A DNA stretch of 63,268 bases, filler included, from Basidiobolus ranarum (GCA_040143965.1; 29 parts of 29 records of this genome joined end to end with filler, not necessarily neighbours in it), one strand, 5' to 3'; positions 12,003-23,895 are shown, numbered from the whole stretch's first letter. Numbers and translations are program-made. The notes: a model not told the origin generated them from the sequence alone.

Positions 12003-12517
12003 TCAAGAATTCATAATGGATACCTGGGCATTTGTAAAATCATTAGGTGCATGCTGCTTAGTACCACCCACACCTTCATTTGACTGTGTGTGCAAAATTT
12101 GGAACTGGTGGTTTCCTGTACCAATGTAGGTTGTGAATCAGGAAGAATCTGTTTTGACATGATACTTAACTACCATGTATATCAATGATGTTAGACTTGT
12201 TTGGTTTCAATCAGAATTAAGGATCTTGTTATATTATTGGTTAAAATGTCAAAGCTAATTTCCTATAGTGTAATGAAGCATAATGCATTCCACTTTGAGC
12301 CATTTCAATATGTATGCTGAATAAATTAATTTGGATTGAACTTTGATTAACTTTGCTGATGCAGTTAATTACATAATTTCCATGCAATTACACATAATTG
12401 AAATAACTAGGATAATAAATGTAAATAGAAATTTTATTATACAGAATGTAGGGAATTTTACCATAATAATTGAAATTCTTAGTTAAATAACCTGCATGCA
12501 CCAGATCAATCAGTATT

Positions 12518-13059
12518 GTGCCAGCTCAATACAAGATTAATATCATGCTCTCCATCTACTCTAAGTGGTTATTCCTCAAAATTGCAAAAGCAACTACTGG
12601 CTTTCCTATCACCACCCTACAAGCTATATTTGGGAAATACTGCAGCTCATATACTCCAATACCTACCAGAAAGCAGCTAGTCAATTTGTATTGTTACCAC
12701 AAAAGCTATTGTCAAATCAGATTTCAGTGCACTATTAATGATAGCCAAAGTGGGAGAAGCTTCCATACCAGGCTTCAAGTAAGCATGATTTATCTAGCTT
12801 CAGTGATGAATGATGTTGAAGGTGCCTGGGACAAAAGAGTTAGAGACTGTAATTTCCTTCCATTTCCTGGAGTATTTCCCTGTAGAGTTCATATCAGAAG
12901 TATTCTTGACACATTTCCAGTCAGAATTAACAGGCCTGCAAGCATCCAAAAGCTATTCTATTCTGGCAAATATAAAGCCCACTGTGTAAAGTTCCAGGCT
13001 TTGACAGATTTGGAAGGAAATATCATTTGGTTTAGTGGGCCACATCCAGGGAGACACCA
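12518..13059 (+). mobile_element. PIF/Harbinger (IS5-like, DDE_Tnp_4) transposase, 3'-truncated
   Basis: ILDTFPVRINRP...FYSGKYKAHCVKFQALTDLEGNIIWFSGPHPGRH fits the HARBI1/DDE_Tnp_4 signature. Confidence 0.88.
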
Positions 13060-13159
13060 NNNNNNNNNNNNNNNNNNNNNNNNNNNNNNNNNNNNNNNNN
13101 NNNTTAATTAATTAANNNNNNNNNNNNNNNNNNNNNNNNNNNNNNNNNNNNNNNNNNNN

Positions 13160-13233
13160 AAATCAATAAGTGAAAACCACCAATTCCTCAAATTCTCCAA
13201 ACCACTTCCAACAGGCTCCCAAATACTTTAACA
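13160..13233 (+). mobile_element. 3' end of Copia LTR family A
   Basis: ...CCAAACCACTTCCAACAGGCTCCCAAATACTTTAACA matches the LTR ends at 31827 and 60389. No PBS follows. Confidence 0.85.
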
Positions 13234-14801
13234 CTCAATTCCTTCCAAGTATATAACTTAGGGCATGTACCCGTCGCCCGTTATATTCCACACTATCTCT
13301 TGAAATTAGGCAAACTGGGTTGGAATTGTGTCTCAACTTCTCTGCTCACTGCCAAATAAAGGCTATCAGTAATTGTTTACTTAGAATCATTTGGAGTTTG
13401 GTGTTTAGCAGTAGCAGTGCTATCAAATGGAAAATTGAGCTTGTGTCGAATTAAAATTGACCCGGGGATCGGCATCCATAGAAAAGGCCATTTCCAGAAT
13501 AATTACAGATTGAACCTAAGGAAAATCAACCGATTGCGCTGGATAATATAACCATTCTAGTTTGCACCTTTCTATTTTTCATCACACGTTCCTGATATGC
13601 AGGGTTAGGCTACTTCGGCCAACAAAACTATTGGATGGATCTAATGCCATCATCATGGCCGAATGGAACGAGAGGTCTTGCATACTGATTGTCAAATGTC
13701 ATACTGGGACGTAGGATAAGAACATCTGGAACAGAGATAATAGTATAAGGCGATTGGCTGCTCAATGCGGGTTGGTGATGCCAAATAGTTGAGAGTCTGA
13801 TTCCAATATATCTAGCCAATACACTGTCACGCCTATCGAATTCAAAATCATTGGTCCGTTGAGAAATCTTTTAGCAACCTACGATTAAAGTTTTCCTGAT
13901 ATCCGGGACTGATTGCTCATCAGAGCAAATGACTGACTATCTATCTAAGGCTGCCTACTCAGTGACAGCAGGCACTGCTTAGCCCACCAAAGGCTCATGC
14001 GCCGATGTAGAGTGTCATTACCATGGGCCATTTTTTTGGGGGTCCGAACCAATAAGGACAACGCTTAGTTTGGCAATCCAAATCAAGTTCGACATCAGAA
14101 GAGCCTGATATAAGCCGTAGCGAAATACGACCACTTAACAACCAAAGAAATCTCGCCACTTGTTGAGCGTAATCATATCGTGTATTTCACCACTCGTTTA
14201 GTGTAATCATTACGCGTCTCTCACCACTCCCTTAGTGCAATCATATCGCGTATTTCCATGGAATGTGAGAATGGTCGTTGAGACACTAGTATAAAACCGG
14301 TCAATATACCCTCACTCTGATTGGTGCTGAATATCACACTGTGACCTCCAAAACTGAAACGGGACCCATCATTGGTGGAGCCCTCATTTGCAACTGATGA
14401 TTGACTATAGTAATGATCAGTGTGCCACCTAACGGTGGTCAATGGCTCCTGCAAATCCATCTGTCTTTGGTTTATCTTGCCTACCATTATGATATAGTAT
14501 AGTTATAGTGCTGTATATTTTATTATCAATTTGATAATCTAGGGTCCAATGCATGTCAATTTTATCCAGATCAGGCACCCTATAGCACTATATTGGGGTA
14601 ATAGATATGCTATGGCACTCCCAGGCACTACGGTCAGCTGGAATGGTGGAACAAGTCCATTGACCTTGTATGGTTTAGTTAATTTCGGTATATCAATTTG
14701 CGTTAAAACTCAATTTATTAATTTATTGTAAATGCTGATTCTTCCAACTAGGTGAGGGAAAGCTTATCACATCAAGCGGCATGAATCAAGAGAAGCCAAT
14801 C

Positions 14802-15248
14802 TTAGTAGTAATTTTCAAAAACCGTAATGGCCGGGGCATATACAGTAGACTGTATGCGATCGTAGATAGTAGTGGTGGTTGCTTCTGTCGTGAGATCTGT
14901 AACACTGTGTAGCCTTTCAGGTTTTGCGGATTCAGTCACAGTATCTACTTCGATGTCAACCTTGGTTTCCGTGGTGAACTCGGTTACATTGCGTGTAGGC
15001 AAAGTCACGATATGCACTTCTGTTTTGGTGGCTCTTGATATTACCGTCTCGACAGCAGTCAGCAGCTCCGTGCTTGTCAAGGTGAGGCCTCCAGCAGCTT
15101 TGGTGTTGGTAACCCACGTTTGTTTAGTGGTGGTGGTAGTTATTGGCGAATCTGTAGCCACCTTAAAGCCTAGATAAGTCTCGGTCATGGTAACAGTATG
15201 CTTGCCCTTTGGTGACCAATTCAAAGGGACTGGTGGCTCCAGGTTGGA
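14802..15248 (-). CDS. C-terminal part of a Thr-rich (mucin/cell-surface-like) protein
   Basis: Frame is open from the contig end to TAA, with high T/V/E content (TTTTTKQTWVTNT, TETKVDIEVDTVTE). Confidence 0.7.
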   Translation of the reverse strand, partial: SNLEPPVPLNWSPKGKHTVTMTETYLGFKVATDSPITTTTTKQTWVTNTKAAGGLTLTSTELLTAVETVISRATKTEVHIVTLPTRNVTEFTTETKVDIEVDTVTESAKPERLHSVTDLTTEATTTTIYDRIQSTVYAPAITVFENYY

Positions 15249-15804
15249 NNNNNNNNNNNNNNNNNNNNNNNNNNNNNNNNNNNNNNNNNNNNTTAATTAA
15301 TTAANNNNNNNNNNNNNNNNNNNNNNNNNNNNNNNNNNNNNNNNNNNNATGCCACTCGATTGTTGTGGCTGATTAGAGACATTATTTCAAAATGAGATTT
15401 GTTTGTGTACAGTATCATCTATAATTCGTGTCAGTATTTATCTCGCACTATTCGTGTCAGTCATATTATTGACGTTAATATTGATCCTATTCAACGAGTT
15501 ATTGTCAACACTATACCTATCCATGAGTTCAATTTAGAAATGACTACGAGCAGAAAAAGAGATGATGAGATTATTGCTAAATAGTAGATACTATGCCCAT
15601 CGAACATCTATAATAGAGAACACATGTGAGCCAGATATTGGACTACCCTAAGGAATGGCCACTCGTTCTATACACTAAGTAGTTTGTGTATAATTTATCG
15701 CTAAGAAAGGACCAAACACGTAGGAATCAGTGAGAATGGATTTGCTCCAAAAAGGCTTAGATTAAGAGGACAAATTCACATAGAGTTTAGTGTTAAGGGG
15801 ATTA

Positions 15805-15931
15805 ATTCACATAGAGTGTAACCTTATTCACATACATAGAGTGTAACCTTATTCACATAGAGTGTAACCTTATTCACATACATAGAGTGTAACCTTATTC
15901 ACATAGAGTGTAACCTTATTGTAACCTTATT
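15805..15931. repeat. Minisatellite with alternating 21/25-bp units
   Basis: ATTCACATAGAGTGTAACCTT and ATTCACATACATAGAGTGTAACCTT in the order 21-25-21-25-21, plus a partial unit. Confidence 0.95.
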
Positions 15932-16176
15932 TCTAAGGACTGACTCTTCAGTTTTTATCATTTAACCTGATGAACGATCACTGTATTCAAAATCTGAACT
16001 TAATATGGACGTGAATAATGAGATCACCAAGTAGATGAGGTAGTACACCTATGTTTCTCATGGTCGGGTGACATGTTACCCATAGCATGTGTGCAAAGAA
16101 GCAAATGGAGCTATAAATAAGGTGCCACTTGCACACTCTATACTCAAGTTACATTCGTTTGTCATTGAAGCTGCAA

Positions 16177-17436
16177 ATGTCCCAAATCTTCGGTCCAGAA
16201 AGCGAGAAAAATGCTCACCCAATTACTGTAGCAACCAAGGATGATTCTGTGAATCATGTTACTTCTTCGAATCGCGTTATTGCATTCATTCAATGGCACT
16301 ACGGCACTACCACTAATAACAGGACCCCCGAATAGATCGAGAAAGAACGTTATCTTTACGGGGATGTCGTCTTCAACCGTTGGTTACTGATGCCAGCCGC
16401 GGTGTTAATTCAGTTCTGCTGTGGTTCACTATATGCATGGAGTGTATTTAATAGTATGATTGATTTGCATGTAAGTGGTGATAAAAACGCCGGTTTAGCA
16501 CCCAACACCTTTTCTATCGCAGTAGGAATGTTTGGTCTATCTACCGCCACTATGGGTCCCTGGCTCGAAAGAAACGGTCCCAGAAAGGGAGCACTCCTCT
16601 CGGCGAGTCTTTTCTACTTAGGAAACTTAATCGCATCCATGGCTATTCATTTCAAGCAAATGTGGCTATTGTACATTGGGTATGGTATCATCGGTGGCTT
16701 CGGTCTTGGTATTGGATATATTTCTCCAGTATCAGCATTGCAGAAATGGTTCCCAGACCGTCGTGGACTGGCGGCTGGATTTGCAGTGTGTGGATTTGGT
16801 GCTGGCTCTATTGCTATTGCTAAGATCCCCCAGCCATTGAGCGCTGCAGTTGGACTTCCACTCACCTTCGTCATTCTTGGATCATGCTACTTCGTGTGCA
16901 TGTCTTTGGCTGCTTTAGTATTTCGTATTCCTCCTCCTGGATATGTTGTTGAAAGTGTAAGAGCAGTGGAAATCACCCATGGGAGCAACGATGAAACCAA
17001 GATCGCTATGCAAGAACAACCCGTCATCAAGCTTACCTTGATCGAATCCATCAAATCACGAGACTATATTTTGTTGTATATGGCTTTCTTTGCCAATGCA
17101 ATCTTCGGTTTGGTATGCATCTCAAGGTTGGCTGATATGTTGATGAATCTCTTTGGCAAGTCAGCGGATGAGGCCTCCACTATTGTCTCCATCAACGGAG
17201 GATTCAATTTGTTCGGTAGAATCTTCTTCTCCACTATCTCTGATTTTGCTGGCCGCAAGAACTGTTACTTGGTTATGTTGACCTGTCAAACAATCATCTT
17301 GATTGCATTCAATTCGATCATTACTACCAACACATACTGGGCATTTTTGTTATGCATGTGGGTTTTGACCGCATGCTATGGTGGAGGTTTCGGAGTTATT
17401 CCCGCCTTCTTGGCTGATATGTACGGACCTACTAAT
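16177..17436 (+). CDS. MFS transporter, oxalate:formate antiporter (OFA)-like; in-frame TAG at 16333-16335; 3'-truncated
   Basis: NRW...LIQFCCGSLYAWSVFN, GLGIGYISPVSALQKWFPDRRGLAAGFAVCGFGAGS, FNLFGRIFFSTISDFAGRKN, CYGGGFGVIPAFLADMYG. TATAAATAA at ~16113. The ATG at 16177 is in frame with the 16390 ORF across a single TAG. Confidence 0.9.
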
Positions 17437-17564
17437 NNNNNNNNNNNNNNNNNNNNNNNNNNNNNNNNNNNNNNNNNNNNTTAATTAATTAANNNNNNNN
17501 NNNNNNNNNNNNNNNNNNNNNNNNNNNNNNNNNNNNCTTGAGTATTCACGAAAAAAAACCTGAA

Positions 17565-18050
17565 ATGGTGAGTAATGTAACGAGTCAACTTATTTTTATG
17601 GAATCTAATAAAGACGTGACTCTGGAATCCTCCCATGTATCCAGACTGCTCACTTATCCGAACAAGATCTCAAACATCATAACTGAATCACGAGCTAGTC
17701 CTTCCAAGATCGCCTACTTCCAAGGACTACAAAAGTTGAGAAACTGCGAGCATCGTCGTCTCCGTGAGATCCTACTCATACATCAAACCATTACCAAAGC
17801 ACATCATGTATTGATCACCGAAGGACTACATCCAGAGTTGATTCAAGAACGTAGAAATTCTAGATTCACACGAACCTTTTCTCCAACCTCCACACCGAAC
17901 TCCTCCAATGCACCATCACTCTCATCCGGTACATCGTATTCTATCAGGCGGCTCATCCCATCTCCATTACCGCCACCACCCTATCAACCATGCGACGAGG
18001 ATGATGTTCCACTAGGTGTATTACAGCTGGGATACAAAAGATCCGGTTAA
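17565..18050 (+). CDS. Hypothetical protein with SERTA-like helix, PPPPY and DEDDVPLG motifs (start uncertain)
   Basis: Coding-like, CpG-retaining ORF containing LQKLRNCEHRRLREILLIHQTITKA, an S/T/P-rich tail, PPPPY and DEDDVPLGVL. A possible intron (GTGAGT at 17568) makes the 5' end uncertain. Confidence 0.65.
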   Translation: MVSNVTSQLIFMESNKDVTLESSHVSRLLTYPNKISNIITESRASPSKIAYFQGLQKLRNCEHRRLREILLIHQTITKAHHVLITEGLHPELIQERRNSRFTRTFSPTSTPNSSNAPSLSSGTSYSIRRLIPSPLPPPPYQPCDEDDVPLGVLQLGYKRSG

Positions 18051-18995
18051 TATTTTCCAAATCCACCCTCCAGAAAAGCCCAAATATCTCATTCGTTTCC
18101 CAACACAACAAGTTTCGGAATTGATTGGTGAGTATTCTCGCCACTTCGTACATATAAAGTATATATCCCGTCTTCTACTCCATCATAGTCAGTGACGAGT
18201 TTAATGTAGTCCATTTCAGTTCGCATTCTATCCAAAATGAACCATCTCTACCTAAAATCGACCCTTTCCCCGTGTACCTTTTCATTGTTTCGTTTGTGAG
18301 TCAATTAACAGAGAACCCTAAGAACCGTTTTCTTCGTTGGGTGTGGAGCTTTCGATCTCTCACTTTTGTATTATGAAGTGTCAATGGGGAGAATATTAAA
18401 ATCCACGAAAGATTCCAACTAAAGTAATTGCCTTGATATGTTCCTTCGAAAAACAAGTCTTATTGCGGGATTAGGTCATGCTTGGATAATTTCAATCTAT
18501 ATTCGATGATGATTGGATGGATGATGGTGATGATCACGCTAAATCCCCACATGGGTTAGGGCCAAAGTCAGATGAAAGCATTGCCTGAATAATGGATAAA
18601 CCTAACCACCACAGGAAGTGTGATCTTGGCTGGTGATATTGTATGTAGAAACACTTCAATCCCTCCACGTCATCACCACCACTTAACCAAGTCTTATGAA
18701 TATTCTACATCTGTCATCAGCCAAATCAGGATGGTTGACCTATTCGAGAATAGCCAAGATCTCTTGGAAATCCGAAAGCTCAAGTCTCAGATATGGATAT
18801 CCAAAGGAGTCAAGAAAGGATGATGCAATCATGTGCTAATCCTTGAATAGTGACGAAAGCGATTTTCTGGAGGAACAATCATAGATGAAAATAGAAGGTA
18901 TTAGTGCAGAGTTCGATTGACTGTCTGGTTTAAATATCTTTCTTTTCATTCCAAGAAATTGAAATTCTCTTAACACCAGTTAGTCAATTAAAATA

Positions 18996-19394
18996 ATGGA
19001 CGCTAATAGCAAACAACGTATATTGAATAATATTCGTAGGTTTGCCTCTTATATGGATGCTATTCCTGGATTACCATTCGGAATTGGTTTGGACCCACTT
19101 ATCGGTTTGATCCCAGGTATTGGTGACTTTGCTGGCGTACTCATATCCCTCTACCAAGTTTATCTGTCGTCTCAATTTGGCGTTCCCTTTACTCTACTCG
19201 GGATGATGTTACTCAATATCATAATTGATGCATTGATTGGGATGATACCTGCCATCGGAGACATACTTGACGTAGTCTACAAAGCCAATGTCTACAATCT
19301 TCAACTACTAGAGAATTGGCTGGCAAAGAATGACGAGACATTTGTAAGAGAAGGAAAAAGTGGTGGGCAATTTGTCAACAAGAAGCCCCTCTAA
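18996..19394 (+). CDS. DUF4112 family membrane protein (132 aa)
   Basis: RFASYMDA...FGIGLDPLIGLIPGIGDF...MLLNIIIDALIGMIPAIGDILDVVYKANVYNLQLLE is the DUF4112 pattern. Intronless. Confidence 0.9.
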   Translation: MDANSKQRILNNIRRFASYMDAIPGLPFGIGLDPLIGLIPGIGDFAGVLISLYQVYLSSQFGVPFTLLGMMLLNIIIDALIGMIPAIGDILDVVYKANVYNLQLLENWLAKNDETFVREGKSGGQFVNKKPL

Positions 19395-19724
19395 AAACCC
19401 GTTAAGTTGGGTATCTTATCCTTTAATTCTAAGTTTTAATTTATACTTGCTCCCAAAACGAGGATTTAGAGATTCCCTATTAAATTCATCTTTAATTGTA
19501 CCATTTCAATAAACCATACTAGCACCCAGAATACTATGTACTATTGCTTTACTATTTGTATAGAGTGTTTTGTATGTGTATGCAAACAATGTAGTCGAAT
19601 TGAGAATCGAAACTAGGCTATCTTNNNNNNNNNNNNNNNNNNNNNNNNNNNNNNNNNNNNNNNNNNNNTTAATTAATTAANNNNNNNNNNNNNNNNNNNN
19701 NNNNNNNNNNNNNNNNNNNNNNNN

Positions 19725-20730
19725 GAGGAGGAAGATTTAAGTTTATTAAAATTATTTGCCAGCAAGCCTTTCTAATGGTATATTTGTTTAGCAAGAAACC
19801 ATCCAGAGCCAATGCAAATGCAAGATCATATGTGTTCTCAAAGAAACCTTGACTTTTCAGATTCTGGTAGTGATTTCCATCAAGTATATTGGTAATACCT
19901 TCAGCTTTACAGTGAGTACTTTGGTGTTGGATCAATGATCTATATTTGGGTGATTTCATCAGAACTTTTAGACAGGGAATCACTGGTATATAAGCCAAAT
20001 ATGAACAATTTTACCTGATTCAATGATTGCTAGTTTTATGCATACAGTACATGACTTCAGGTTTTTCAGATCACCAGTGAAAGTCAAACAACTATTTGGA
20101 CATGAAGGTAGTGTAATTAATGAAGCATTATAAGTCATACAATTGACAAGTGTTTTTCACTTGTACCAGGTCTGTGGCAAGCAACAGTTGCCAATCAACT
20201 GTGGTAAAAGTGTAAGAAAACCAATAAACACCTGGTTGCTAAGATTGGATTGAACTCTCCACTCCTCCATAATCAAAGCTGCTTCCTTTACCATAAGTGT
20301 TATGAGTGGACTAATGCTTGCCAATAACAAAGAGTCCATAACAAAACTGTCATCTTCTTCTTCAACTTCTGATATACTACCATCAGTACTGGAATAACCA
20401 AGATCAACATCTAACAGCATGGCCTCAAAGTTGTCTGGACTTACTGGTTTGACCAGAGTTGCATTTCTATATACATCATTCTGGTCATATAACTGTGGTA
20501 ACTCCATGGTATTTTGACTTTTGGCAGTGTTACCAAAACTTTGAGGCAAAGTACAGTCAGTGGGCTCAGTGGGTAAAACTAAAGTCAATTTGTGCACTTA
20601 TTACTGTTGATATTCACCAGGCTTTGTGCAGCTAATGGCTATGTACAGTGACTGTTCTTGTGATTCTTTTTTCTATGAAGCCTCAGGCTTTCATAGCACA
20701 AGAACTTGTGACAATTATAGCAAGGCTTCT
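19725..20730 (-). mobile_element. CACTA/En-Spm-like (Transposase_21) transposase, N-terminal half, degenerate
   Basis: N-terminal CYNCHKFLCYESLRLHRKKNH, acidic tract, AYIPVIPCLK, DLAFALALDGF...CWQIILINLNLPP. Confidence 0.88.
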
Positions 20731-20899
20731 TTAAATGTTTGTGTTGCACCATGACAAGGATCTTGTGGAAAAAAGAACACCTCCTATCAAAGGGTGGTGT
20801 TTTAGGTATAGCCCATCTACATTATCAGCTGATTCAGAGACAGTGTCACAGATGAGTCATTGGGGGATTTACAAAATCTTTCTGGTAATGGATGCAGTT

Positions 20900-21811
20900 T
20901 TGGTGTACTACAAGCTGTTTCTAAGCAATTTCTTTACACCAAGTTTACTATCTGAAAATTTCAATGCCACCCAAAAAGTATTCAAAATCTAAATCAAAAT
21001 TGGCTTCCAATCCAAAGCCTGCTGGCACAAAAGGAAAAAAACTGGCAAGAACAGAGGACTCAATTGAAGAGCAGTCTAGTGCTTGACTATCCACTTTGGA
21101 AGGCAGTAACATACTGGAAACTAACTGAAGTAATGATGAAGTATTAATCTATTTACCAGATGTGTTCCTTTTCAGAGATAGTGCAAGTGAAGAGATTGTA
21201 ATCCCCCAATTATGTAGTAAATAAATAGTCAAGCAAAGTTCAACCAAAACACTGTCAAGACCATCAACTTCCAAAATGGCTACTTAGCTCACTATTAATC
21301 AACCCTCTACAGAAAATTTGGATAGAATTATTACAACAAGGGAATTGCAAGCAGAACACCATAATAATCTGTATGTGATCATAAGTAAAAACTACAAAGT
21401 TGCTATACAGGCCATGACAAGTAATAATGCCACAATATTGCAATTAATGCAGTATTGGGAAGCAACTAGTCAACAGTTAGAGAGTCACTCAACAATGATA
21501 CAAGATCTTCAGAATGCTGTACTTAAGCTACAGCAACATGCTGCTCCCCCCATTCATTGTCATACAGGATTTAAATCAATCCCACACCATACACATGAGT
21601 GTCACTGTAAAAATCTAGCAGAGCAGAATATGTGTCAGACCATTAAGCCTACACAATGACCTGAAATTGCTTGGGCATATGAAAGTAGAAATCTCATAGA
21701 AAAACTGGCAAACCAAAAGACTCTGAATGTCAGAGCTGCCATCACTTGCTCTGATGATGAGTGGTTCAACATTTTGGAAACTGTGCAGAATCTTGCCCAA
21801 AATCACCTGGA
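20900..21811 (+). mobile_element. CACTA-like element ORF2, N-terminal half (divergent from the transposase)
   Basis: LDRIITTRELQAEHHNNLY...QQLESHSTMIQDLQNAVLKLQQH. The same head-to-head layout occurs in contigs 37208-39290 and 41573-43654. Confidence 0.8.
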
Positions 21812-21911
21812 NNNNNNNNNNNNNNNNNNNNNNNNNNNNNNNNNNNNNNNNNNNNTTAATTAATTAANNNNNNNNNNNNNNNNNNNNNNNNNNNNNNNNN
21901 NNNNNNNNNNN

Positions 21912-22076
21912 GTCGACGCAGAATACCAATGGGATCGCCGTAAGCTCACGTTCTATTTTATTGCCGAGCGTAGAATCGATTTTAGAGAATTGGTCCGAGA
22001 TTTATTCAAGTTATATAAGACCCGCATCTGGATGTGCGCAGTGAATCCCATGACCGCGAAAGTTGGGAAAATCTAA
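21912..22076 (+). CDS. PSP1 C-terminal domain protein, 3' end
   Basis: [46 protein letters not shown]...*, the conserved PSP1-C motif. Confidence 0.93.
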   Translation, partial: VDAEYQWDRRKLTFYFIAERRIDFRELVRDLFKLYKTRIWMCAVNPMTAKVGKI

Positions 22077-22688
22077 ATATGCTCATATGTTTACTTCATG
22101 AGCAGACTATACTTTCTCATACAATCAAACCATACCTTTGTTCCATAGTACTCCTTTAAAACAAGCTATTATCTTTTATTTCCTCACCCGCCTCCACCCC
22201 GTCCCAGTTACTGGTCACCTAATTTTGGGAAAGGGGTGATCCATGATGTAAACATGGGGATTTTTTATGTTGTAGATGCGGTAGGCGATCCTCTCGATCA
22301 TCACTTGCTTCTCTATTCGCTTTCTCTATGATGTGTGTACTATAGTCGTAGTATAATCATAGCCACCTCCATTGTATGCTTTCTTCTATTCATTTATCAT
22401 ATTGTGAATCCATTAATTATGTTAAAGAAACGCTATGAATAATGCTTTAATATGTTACATCACAAAACCCGGAAAGTCTATAAATAAATCATCCGAAATT
22501 TTAGGTTATTCCCGAATTCTTTCAAATTTTTTACAATTTTCCGATTCTTTATGATGGATAATGGATAATAATAAATGATGGATGAAAGTTTGTTGGTTGA
22601 AAAAGGGATTTTTTGGTGAAAGTTATGGTTGGAATATTATTAGGGTTAGGAAAACCTCTACTACAAATATTCTCTTTACCTTATCAAG

Positions 22689-23895
22689 ATGACAGAGTCT
22701 ATACTTCAAAATAACGAAACTCCATCAAAAGAAGGTAACCTTTAAAGAGAGAAGAACGCTTAGCTATGTTTATGAACCTTCTATTATATAGAATACTTTA
22801 TTAACCAAGATAAACCTACTCACTTAGGTGAAAAGTCAACTACTCCAAAGGGTACGTAACTTTTCCGTAGAAAGAAAGAGTAGCCTCCCTTTCCCCTCTC
22901 CATTAACGACTATTCAATCGATGTTCACTGGGATATTTAGATAATATTGACGAAATTATTGAATATGTCGTTCAAAGTAATCTTTTCAAGTAAGATTAAT
23001 ACATTTAACGACCTCTCTAATTCTTTGGTTGGGGCCATCTCACTTATCTATTAAAAAACCAATTGTAGCGGTTCATGGGAAGAAGTGCGCCAACGACTTG
23101 TAGCTAAAATAGACCACGTATGTAGTGACTTTCTTTTATGATAGTTACCTCTATATACCATACTAATACTAATACCAATACAAACTCACAACTCCAAGAA
23201 TATCGAATTTCTGGCCACAGAATTTAATACTGAGATAAATGAAGAGATTAGAGAATATCAGACTCGAATCGTTAAAGCTCTAGAAGTCTTCAAAAAGTAT
23301 GAACTTTATTATTATTTCCAATGATTTTATCAGTATAACTAATTATTGGACCTACACTCCTTCCTTCATCTTAGAGATCCCCCTTTCACTATACAACGTT
23401 TATGTGAATTGATTGTTTATCCTAAAGAACATCACAAAACTTTACCCAAATATATGCGTGCTCTAGAGAAGGTATTTGTAATCGAATTGTATATTCTTTC
23501 AGCAATTCTCCCTAATGATTGGTTATATGAACCTATCTTTGACTTAGGTTGTTACAGTGACATCTACTTACGTCGATTTTCCTATCAATGTCAATGGAGA
23601 AATCAATGAGTCTAAAGATAATCCTAAGGAGATGAGTCTGGTTGATGCTCCTGAGGAACCGGTAAGTATGGAGAGTGAGGCCACAACGACCAACGATGAT
23701 GAACCTGAGTCAGCAGCTAATAATAAGGATGTAGAAGAAAGTGAAAGTAAATCATCAGAATCTACGTTAGAGTCACCACAGAATACTACTAAATCAACAG
23801 AGCCTATGGAGGCCGTCGCCCCAAGTAATAGCTCAACTACTGATTCCTTAATGCAAAATGAAAGCACCACTGTACCGGCTGATGACATCGAGTGA
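22689..23895 (+). CDS. PPP4R2: Protein phosphatase 4 regulatory subunit 2 (PPP4R2/Psy4)-like, 7 exons
   Basis: Exons 22689-22734, 22828-22851, 22941-22989, 23069-23117, 23199-23296, 23375-23471 and 23548-23895 splice in frame via GT-AG introns. Hallmark PPFTIQRLCELIVYPKEHHKTLPKYMRALEKVVTVTST plus an acidic tail. Confidence 0.88.

Noticed and set aside
15805-15931. Telomeric repeat (TAACCTT resembles TAACCC)
   Set aside because: Internal to a contig, 21/25-bp period, and no run of short telomeric units.
16333-16335. Genome-wide stop-codon reassignment
   Set aside because: TAG appears to terminate other CDS fragments (1983-1985 on -, 54706-54708), intact genes here show no other internal TAG, and stops in TEs come with frameshifts, indicating decay.
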